Below, piece after piece: positions 56,901-64,000 of a DNA stretch of 64,000 bases (within the stretch, counting starts at the first letter, position 1; each line of letters opens with the position of its first letter). Below the pieces are notes generated by a model that worked only from the letters and a program-made list of their open reading frames with translations, was not told the origin of the DNA and did no database searches. The stretch is taken from positions 32,001-96,000 of the IMG/VR virus record IMGVR_UViG_3300025450_000015. One strand, written 5' to 3'. The position numbers and the translations under genes were made by a program. The stretch is from a virus.

Positions 56901-59900
56901 TATCAAAGTACAGTATGGCCAGGTGTAACTATTACTGGTGCTAGCGGTACTGGCGCAGTTGCAACAATTACATTTGCAACACAACCTTATGTTTATCCTG
57001 TTGGACAATTTATTACAGTTGCAGGGGTCAACCCAAGCGGATATAACGGCACATACATTGTTGTTGCAAGTACATTAACAAGTGTAAGTTATGCAAGCAC
57101 AACAACTACTTCTTATGTAAGTGGCGGTACAGTTAACGTTGCACGAGCAACACAACAAATCAATACAGGATATACAGCAGAACTTACTGGTGTTGCAAGA
57201 GTAGCTAATTTAATTTCAATTATCACTAGCCCACTGACTCTTGGTTATACAACAAACGTACAGCCAGCGGCTACACCAAACACAACTATTTTTGTTAAGA
57301 CAGGAACATATAATGAAGTACTACCAATTGTAGTTCCATCATACACTTCTATTATCGGTGACGAATTACGTGGTACCGTAGTTCAACCAGCAGGTCCAAA
57401 TTTGAATATGATTAATGATAAAACAAGATCAATCAATTCGTTAACACGTATTCAAAGTTTAATTCCAAATTTATTACAAAATACTGCAATTACACCAACA
57501 TCGGGTAATACTCAGTATTTGACTGTAACAGGTGCAAGCGGTACTGGTTCTGTTGCAACATTAACTTTTGCATCACAGACATCTGCACCATTTAACGTAA
57601 ATCAATATATTACTGTAACTAGTGTAAACCCTTCTGGTTATAACGGAAGTTACATTGTAACTGCTGTAACAACTAATAGTGTGAGTTATACTTCCACTAC
57701 TTCTGCATCTTATGTAAGTGGCGGAGTTGTAAGTGGCCAAGCTACTGGATTACCAGCAGGCGATGTAGGAAGCACAACCGTAGTTAATCAAATTAACACA
57801 AGTGTTAGTTTAATTAATGATATGATTTATAACGGTCTTCCAAAGACTCCTGCAATCACTATCCCACAATTAACTGGATACAATACAAGTTATCTAGTAG
57901 GATTTGGATACGGTATAACACAGATTCAAAATAACTATTTGTTTATCAAAGCAGAAATTGCCGCATATCTAAATACATATTATAGTAGCGTGTGGACAAC
58001 ATTTGGCGGTACAAACCAAACAGAAACATTACGTGATATCGGTTTCGTATTAGATGGCCTACAGTACGATATGACTTATGGTTGTAATAATCAAAGTATT
58101 ATTAATGGTAGCTCTTATTACAGTTTACAAATTCCACAAATCTTAGCATCATACAATGCCGCAACTGTTGGAGCACTACAACGTTTACAAGCAATTATCA
58201 GTCAGATAGTTACAGGTACAAGTGTAACAGCAACAAGCGGTAACTCTGTAACGCAGTCAACTGGCGGTTCAGCAGGTTCAGCCGCAGCCGCAAGTTTTGC
58301 CGCAGGCCGCGTTGGTGATGTAATTTACTGGTTACAAAATGCTACAAGTAATGCAACTACATTAACACTAGTCGGTAGTGTGAGTGGTACAACTTTAACT
58401 GTTACTTCAGGAACAGGTAATGGAATTTATATTGGTTCTATGTTAACTGGTACAGGTGTTGTGGCAGGTACATATATTGTTAATCAATTAACAAGTTCTG
58501 CAAGTGCAACAGCGGCTACAACATTAGCCAGCGGAGGATCAGCTGGTACTAATACATTTGTGGTTTCAAGTGCAACAGGTATTGCGGCAGGACAATTAAT
58601 TACAGGTACTAACCTTCCAGCTGGATCTTATGTTAGCTCATCATATATTAGCGGAACAAGTATTACCGTAGTTAATGCGTTTGGTGCTCCACAAAACTTT
58701 ACGTCAACTGGCGGTACAGGTGCATACTTATTCTATCCAGCTAACGGTGCAGGTACTTATACGTTGAGTACTAGTGGCAATACTGGTACAACATTTACAG
58801 CATTGTCAACATTCACACCAGTAACAAGCGGTGCGTATGCCTTAGTAACCAATCAATACTTACAAACAGCATATAATAATTTAATTGCAAGACAAACCGA
58901 AATTGCAAGCGATGCTCAAGTTTGGGTTCAAAAATATTATCAAGCATATCCAATCAGTCAATCATTAACTCAACGCGATGCTGGTTATATTGCATTGGCA
59001 TTAGCTTGGGATGTTTTATTTGGTACTAACTTTAATAGTATTGCATGCGGTCGTGCATTTAATCGTTTAAACGCAAGTGCGTTGGCATTAGTGGCAAATA
59101 CAAACCAAGAATTGAATGCAACAACCGGTGCAATAACATTTATTGGATTTAAAGCAAAACAAATTGCAAGTGCAGGTTCGACAGTTCAAGCACAAACATT
59201 GATTGATGATATCGTAACTAAGATCAATGGACAAGTAGCGTTTAATACTGTTGGTTCAGCAATTCTTGCAGGTACACAGACTATTGCCTATGGTACAGCA
59301 GACGTAATTACTGTAACAACATCGGGCGGTACAGCTACATTCTCAGTATCGTTGACTCCAGCAACTACTGGACAAACTATCACATACATTACTGCTGGTG
59401 GTTTAGCAACATTTAGTAGTGCTCAAACATTAGTTAAAGGTACATCTGTTACTCTTGCGGCAGCCGCAGGCGGTATGTCAGCAGGCACATATTATGTAAC
59501 AACTGGTGTAAACAACAGTTTTACTGTAAGTTTATCTAGCAGTTATGCAAATGCAGTGGCGGGAACACCTGGTTCATTTACAGGTGGTACAGTTACTGGA
59601 GCAGTTGGCGTAGTAACTATTGGTACATACTATAATACTATCGCATCTGTAACAGTAACATCTGGTGGTAACTGGAACAACACAAGTTTATACAGTGCCG
59701 CACAAGCAACAACAACTACAAGTTCAGGACAAGGTTTAACATTGTCATTAGGATTTGTATCAAGTAGTTATTCAACTACAGTAGCTGGTGTACAAACATC
59801 TAGCAATATTGTAACACTTGGAAGTACAGCAGGTATGCCAACTAACATGCCAATTACATTCTCAGGTTTACCAGCTTTAGGTTCTGTAACAGCAACAGCT

Positions 59901-62900
59901 ACTACAACAACCAGCAATTTAATTACAGTTGCAACTACAACAGGCTTATCAGTTGGACAGCAAGTGTACTTCACAGGTACAGTATTTGGTAATATTGTTC
60001 CAAGCCAGTTATACTATATTGCAAGTATCCCAACACCTGGAACTAACGGTACAATTACTGTTAGTTTAACATTTGGTGGCGGTAATGTGGCATTGATATC
60101 AGCAACTGGTACAATGACAATGGCATTCAATAACGCAGGCGGACTATGGAATAATACTACATACTGGATTAATTCATTGCAATCTGCCGCAACATTAAGC
60201 ACATTGGCAATTACTAGTACAACAGGTGTATTCAGTTGTGCAACAAGTTCAGTAACATTAACAGTAGGACAGCCAGTTGTTATTACTGGTACGTTCTCAG
60301 CTGGTAGTATCACTGGTTATACTAGTGGTGCAACATATTATATTATTGGTAATCCAACATCAACAGCTTTCCAATTGTCAGCAACATTAGGCGGAAGTGC
60401 TGTAACATCAACAACATCAGGTGGAACAATTACTGGTATTACTGTAACAGTTCCTGCCGCAACATTAACATTGACCAACAGCTTTAAGAGTGGTACAGCA
60501 TACACAATTACTAATACAGTAACTGGTATGTCAGCTACAACCACTGCTGGAGCAACAGTGACATGGCCATATTTAAATAATCCAATGATTAATGGTTCAT
60601 TAACTTACAATGATAACGTTCTAACAATTCAAGGCACAGAAATTCTTCGTGCTAACATTCCATTCCTGGCCGCAGAAGCATCTGCTTATACAGTAGCAAG
60701 TTACGGCGGTACAGTATCCAGTATAACATCTGGTAGTGTTGTTAATACAAGTGGCGCACATAATTTATTAGTAAATGACCCAGTAGTGTTTACTGGTACT
60801 GTTGGTTCAAGCAATATTGTTGCTGGTACTACTTATTATGTTTTAACTGTGCCAAGCTCAACAACATTTACTATCAGTGCAACTCAATATGGCACAGGTA
60901 CACAAACAACATTTACATTAGCAACAGGTTCGTTAGGAAGTTTAACTGTAGGCTACTACTATAACTATGCTAAGTGTGTACGCGATACAACAAACTTTAT
61001 CAATGCGTTGATTTATGATATTAATTATACAGGTAACTGGAAATCAATGCGTGCCGCAGAACTTTATGTTAACGCGGTGGCAGGATCTACAACACAAAAC
61101 TTCTATCTAGTAAGAAATGCATGTGGTATTCGTAATCAAACTATGAACGGATTGACTGGTGTTTTAAGTACAGCAAATGCTTATGGAACACGTCGACCAA
61201 CAGCAGGTGCGTATGCAAGTTTAGATCCAGGCTTTGGACCAAACGATCAAAATGCATGGGTCTATGCACGTTCAACATTCGTACAAAATTGTACAATGTT
61301 CGGTTACGCTTGCGTTGGCGCCAAAGTTGACGGTGCATTGCATGCCGGTGGATACAAATCAATGGTTGCAAACGACTATACTTGTGTTATCGGCGATGGT
61401 ATCGGTTGGTGGACAACTGGAACAGGTTCATTATCAGAACTTGTTTCAGTGTTTAACTACTACAGCTACGCTGGATACATGAGTGAATTAGGAGGACGCA
61501 TTCGTGCTACTAACGGTAACAGTTCATATGGTACATACGGTGTAGTTGCCGAAGGTGTTGACACATTTGAAACTCCAATTTACGGTACTGTAAATAACAG
61601 AAGTTACGGACCTCAAGTTACTAACGTGGTTACAGATAGTACAACACAAATTTTACGTTTAGAATACGAAAATGCAGGTACAAACTACACCAATGCTATA
61701 CCAACAATTAGTGGATCAGGTTATAACATTCTTTCTTTTGCAGATGAGTTCCGTGATGCTGGTGTATTTGAATCACGTTTAATTGACTTAAACAATGGTT
61801 TAGGTGTTGGCGGTTCAAGTTATGTAAGTTCTGTTAACGTAGGCCAAGGCGGTGCAGTAGGTTATATTACTATTGCGGCAGCCGACGTAGCATTGACTGG
61901 TTCATATAACGGAATGAAAGTACAAATTACTGCTGGTACAGGTGTTGGACAATATGCGTCAATACTAACTTATACTAACGGTAGTAAAATTGCACAAATT
62001 ATTCGTACAACATTTGCAACCTTAACTGTTACCAGTTCAAGTACTACTGCATTAACTGTGGCAAGTACTGCAACATTATATGTTGGTATGCCAATTTACT
62101 TGAGTACAACCGCTACTAATATGAATTTGACTGCATATCAAGTTTATTATGTACAGGCTATTTCAAGTACAACTCAGTTTACACTAGCATTAACATCAGG
62201 CGGTTCTGCAATTACTGGTTTAACAGCAACTAGTGGACAAACAGTCAGCTTATATGCCGCTGGTTGGGATCATGTTGTACCAGGTACTCCTATAGTTAAC
62301 ACATTAGATTTAACTACAGCATATATTATTGAACCTTATGTTTCATTCACAGGTCCAGGTTATGCCGCAACAGCAAGAACATTACCAGCTACAGCAATCT
62401 GGTCAAGTATTACATACGGTGCTGGAAATTATGTAGCAATTGCCAATGGTAGTACATCGACTGCAATTAGCACTAACGGTAAAACATGGACTCCAGGTGG
62501 TGCATTAACAGCTTCTGCATTTACAAACGTTGTTTACGGTGGAGGTCAAAGTGCTGCCGCAACAGTAACACTAGGTGGATTTGGCGGATCTGGTGCTCAG
62601 TTGACAGCAGTGATTGGTACTGGAACAAGTTTAGGACAAGTAGTTGGAGTCAACGTAATTAACGGCGGTTACAACTATAATACTGCTCCATCATTATTGT
62701 TTACAGGTGGTGGCGGTACCGGTGCCCAAGGAACAGCAGTTGTTCTTAACGGAGTAATTCAATCAGTTATTATTACAGTTAATGGTTCTGGATATACTTC
62801 AGCACCGACTGTAACAGTTGTAACTAGTGCTATTACTGCGATTACTCCTATCACTTGGGGTAAAAATTATTTCAATAGCGGAAACGTTAGCGTAACAATC

Positions 62901-64000
62901 AGTGCTCCATTTAGTGGAACTGTTTGGAGTGGAAGTTCGAGTGCAACAAGTGGCTCATACTATTACTATTATAGTGGTGCAACTCAAGCTACAAACTATT
63001 ACCTAGCAACATCGAGCGGAACATTTTCATCAACTGCTCCAACGTTTACAACAGGTACAGGATCTGCAGGAACATATGGTGTGTCATTGACATTCGTAGG
63101 TACTGCCGCAACTGCAACTCCAACATTGACAGATTACGGTGTCAGCAGTTACACAATTACTAACATTGGTTACGGTTATACTGCAACTCCTACTATTACA
63201 ATATTAGATACTAGTGCTAAATTTGTTGCAATTTCTACAACAACTACAGCAACAGCTTATAGTACAGTAGCTAATTTAGGATCATCTTGGACTTCTGGTA
63301 ACGCACTTCCATCCGCTGGATTTAACAGTTTAACTTATGGTAACGGAATTTATGTTGCAGTTGGTTACACTGGAACAACATCTAATGCCAGTGCTATTAT
63401 TACATCTAGTCCAGACGGTGTTACATGGACTGGCAGAACAGCTCCAAGCGGTGCAACACAAGCGTTTACATCTGTGGCATTTGGCTGGACTGGACCAGGA
63501 TCTAGTGCAACAACTACAGGTATGTTTGTAGCTATCGCAACTAACAGTACATCAACAGCTTACAGTACTAACGGTTTAACATGGACTACTGGTGGTGCAT
63601 TACCGTCAGTTGCTAACTGGTCTAGCGTAACTTATGGTAACGGACGTTTTGTTGCAGTAGCCGCAGGTAGCAATATTGTTGCATACAGCAACAACGGTGG
63701 TGTAACTTGGTACTCAAGTGTAGCAAATAACGGTACATACTTACCATTAGCACAAAACTGGGGAATCTCATACGGAGAAGGACAGTTCTTTGCAACAGCA
63801 ACAGGACCAACTCCTACAATGACAGCTACTACTTCAAGTGGTAACTTGATTACATTAAGCAGTACAGCCGGTTTGAACGTAGGAAATACTATTGTTCCAA
63901 CAGCAGTGACTGAAACTACAGTGGCTAGTCAGACAATTAATGCAACAGCAATTGGATTGTCAACATCGTTTATTTCTAACGGTATTGCAGGCAACGCAGG
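53925..64000 (+). CDS. Second giant tail fibre/adhesin-like protein (>3350 aa, 3' end beyond the window), paralogue of 45353-53890
   Basis: TAAATA 53893-98, GAGG SD, ATG 53925 (MAQFKLGRIKFVYQGTW vs MAQEFKIGRLRFIWSGAW). Same domain order; absent from the track because no stop occurs before the edge. Confidence 0.85.
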   Translation, partial: MAQFKLGRIKFVYQGTWTTGTGYVVDDVVTVGGRTYICTTSNTASATFATDFSSGYWSVVADGSRWTGNWTNNQYYLVNDQVLYGGVVYLCTTAHTSASSTATITPTAATANGTTATLTFTALSSNIQPFLVGASITVSGFSAQTGFNGTFTVTACTATTVSYALAQSLTGTVMGTVSGTGTLGLEVNQSNWTSFASSFNWTGAWTINTRYKYNDLVSYGGLNYICNTAHVSANTTTLGLEANQSSWTVFNTGVAYQGLWNGNSTHYRINDIVKYGASLWICTTAHTSSGTFASANFSVFVNGLEYVSGGNNAWVGSITLTAASASGGTATLSFATQSAIPFAVGQSITVSGVTPSSFNGTFIVTGTPTTTQVSYALAGSLTGSVFGTVAANYVTGDIVSYGGNLYTAIASNTATTPSTGTASWQVFSTGFSFQGDWSGLTSYKIGQVVRLGGYTYMAMADNAQQTIIANQTSSGSNSVSVSATGSLVANLPIVFSGTSFGNIVSGTTYYVGTIIDSTHITLLTSSGGSTLAVTNATGSLTGTTQSQPPFSTYWTRLNAGIRWNAGTTQSYNGLSGTNITAAGSGAQFNVTTSGTTYSVTVKSGSQGTGYSASTTLKILGTQVGGISPANDITITITGVTAGAINLSSGITWTGYSVTWITASNYVLGDVVYFGANSYICVSAHTSASGNRPDADTTGTYWNLLASGAESAVLTTQGDLAYYGTNGPTRLPVGTDGQILRVGGTIPSWAYYGQINNIVYVSSTTGVDSLGASQGTTIDKPWATIRYACYQIENGYLNTNTTGLLSINKQFMLKEINNYVYYSYSFNVTGTSVQTITVGGTSSIAQTVTTNMYSGMPIVFTQTSGNIVAGTTYFVAQVINSTSFNIATTYANATAASPTLFTVGTGSANIGTYSYNQAKTERDTGTVIDGLLFDIGRGGNYKTTTNALAYFANSTTFATNVNAYDIPPFVSALNYLNTLATNYVLTNTSAAVSYQSTVWPGVTITGASGTGAVATITFATQPYVYPVGQFITVAGVNPSGYNGTYIVVASTLTSVSYASTTTTSYVSGGTVNVARATQQINTGYTAELTGVARVANLISIITSPLTLGYTTNVQPAATPNTTIFVKTGTYNEVLPIVVPSYTSIIGDELRGTVVQPAGPNLNMINDKTRSINSLTRIQSLIPNLLQNTAITPTSGNTQYLTVTGASGTGSVATLTFASQTSAPFNVNQYITVTSVNPSGYNGSYIVTAVTTNSVSYTSTTSASYVSGGVVSGQATGLPAGDVGSTTVVNQINTSVSLINDMIYNGLPKTPAITIPQLTGYNTSYLVGFGYGITQIQNNYLFIKAEIAAYLNTYYSSVWTTFGGTNQTETLRDIGFVLDGLQYDMTYGCNNQSIINGSSYYSLQIPQILASYNAATVGALQRLQAIISQIVTGTSVTATSGNSVTQSTGGSAGSAAAASFAAGRVGDVIYWLQNATSNATTLTLVGSVSGTTLTVTSGTGNGIYIGSMLTGTGVVAGTYIVNQLTSSASATAATTLASGGSAGTNTFVVSSATGIAAGQLITGTNLPAGSYVSSSYISGTSITVVNAFGAPQNFTSTGGTGAYLFYPANGAGTYTLSTSGNTGTTFTALSTFTPVTSGAYALVTNQYLQTAYNNLIARQTEIASDAQVWVQKYYQAYPISQSLTQRDAGYIALALAWDVLFGTNFNSIACGRAFNRLNASALALVANTNQELNATTGAITFIGFKAKQIASAGSTVQAQTLIDDIVTKINGQVAFNTVGSAILAGTQTIAYGTADVITVTTSGGTATFSVSLTPATTGQTITYITAGGLATFSSAQTLVKGTSVTLAAAAGGMSAGTYYVTTGVNNSFTVSLSSSYANAVAGTPGSFTGGTVTGAVGVVTIGTYYNTIASVTVTSGGNWNNTSLYSAAQATTTTSSGQGLTLSLGFVSSSYSTTVAGVQTSSNIVTLGSTAGMPTNMPITFSGLPALGSVTATATTTTSNLITVATTTGLSVGQQVYFTGTVFGNIVPSQLYYIASIPTPGTNGTITVSLTFGGGNVALISATGTMTMAFNNAGGLWNNTTYWINSLQSAATLSTLAITSTTGVFSCATSSVTLTVGQPVVITGTFSAGSITGYTSGATYYIIGNPTSTAFQLSATLGGSAVTSTTSGGTITGITVTVPAATLTLTNSFKSGTAYTITNTVTGMSATTTAGATVTWPYLNNPMINGSLTYNDNVLTIQGTEILRANIPFLAAEASAYTVASYGGTVSSITSGSVVNTSGAHNLLVNDPVVFTGTVGSSNIVAGTTYYVLTVPSSTTFTISATQYGTGTQTTFTLATGSLGSLTVGYYYNYAKCVRDTTNFINALIYDINYTGNWKSMRAAELYVNAVAGSTTQNFYLVRNACGIRNQTMNGLTGVLSTANAYGTRRPTAGAYASLDPGFGPNDQNAWVYARSTFVQNCTMFGYACVGAKVDGALHAGGYKSMVANDYTCVIGDGIGWWTTGTGSLSELVSVFNYYSYAGYMSELGGRIRATNGNSSYGTYGVVAEGVDTFETPIYGTVNNRSYGPQVTNVVTDSTTQILRLEYENAGTNYTNAIPTISGSGYNILSFADEFRDAGVFESRLIDLNNGLGVGGSSYVSSVNVGQGGAVGYITIAAADVALTGSYNGMKVQITAGTGVGQYASILTYTNGSKIAQIIRTTFATLTVTSSSTTALTVASTATLYVGMPIYLSTTATNMNLTAYQVYYVQAISSTTQFTLALTSGGSAITGLTATSGQTVSLYAAGWDHVVPGTPIVNTLDLTTAYIIEPYVSFTGPGYAATARTLPATAIWSSITYGAGNYVAIANGSTSTAISTNGKTWTPGGALTASAFTNVVYGGGQSAAATVTLGGFGGSGAQLTAVIGTGTSLGQVVGVNVINGGYNYNTAPSLLFTGGGGTGAQGTAVVLNGVIQSVIITVNGSGYTSAPTVTVVTSAITAITPITWGKNYFNSGNVSVTISAPFSGTVWSGSSSATSGSYYYYYSGATQATNYYLATSSGTFSSTAPTFTTGTGSAGTYGVSLTFVGTAATATPTLTDYGVSSYTITNIGYGYTATPTITILDTSAKFVAISTTTTATAYSTVANLGSSWTSGNALPSAGFNSLTYGNGIYVAVGYTGTTSNASAIITSSPDGVTWTGRTAPSGATQAFTSVAFGWTGPGSSATTTGMFVAIATNSTSTAYSTNGLTWTTGGALPSVANWSSVTYGNGRFVAVAAGSNIVAYSNNGGVTWYSSVANNGTYLPLAQNWGISYGEGQFFATATGPTPTMTATTSSGNLITLSSTAGLNVGNTIVPTAVTETTVASQTINATAIGLSTSFISNGIAGNA

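Noticed and set aside
5571-63810. Numerous short ORFs in the track lying antisense or off-frame within long genes
   Set aside because: Shadow ORFs of Thr/Ser/Gly-rich or acidic genes; no SD, motifs or independent context.
45353-64000. Diversity-generating retroelement or invertible fibre cassette
   Set aside because: No reverse transcriptase or invertase, and no TR/VR pair with adenine-specific differences seen.
1-64000. Stop-codon reassignment as in some jumbo phages
   Set aside because: Core genes are full length and tightly packed under the standard code.

Overview
AT-rich 64-kb segment of a large T4-related (myovirus/jumbo-type) phage genome, read in the standard genetic code and almost entirely morphogenetic. 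Left (minus strand, 1-21123): baseplate operon with gp48/54-like, LysM gp53-like, putative hub, gp5-like spike, gp25 and gp6-like wedge genes, plus a >3990-aa virion protein running off the left edge. Centre (21206-26010): a sigma70-promoted gp55 late sigma / gp47 / gp46 block, an Hc1-like protein, a stand-alone GIY-YIG nuclease and a ~450-nt non-coding region that folds extensively. Next come a gp26-like gene with a likely -1 frameshift into the downstream ORF, a tape measure, and portal-core-protease-scaffold-major capsid genes (gp20-21-22-23). The right half is a long array of Thr/Ser/Gly-rich fibre/decoration genes ending in two giant paralogues (2845 aa and >3350 aa). Both edge ORFs are missing from the supplied track because they have no stop in the window. 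Most interesting signals: (1) the structured RNA candidate directly behind the GIY-YIG gene; (2) clusters of d(GCGAAGC)-type mini-hairpins, one overprinted inside gp46; (3) a bipartite TACGCA-N15-TAAATA late promoter overlapping the sigma70 promoter of gp55 itself; (4) a G/GT-type frameshift in the gp26-like gene; (5) leaderless late genes and two structured 5' leaders. All homology calls come from motif recognition by eye; no searches were run.
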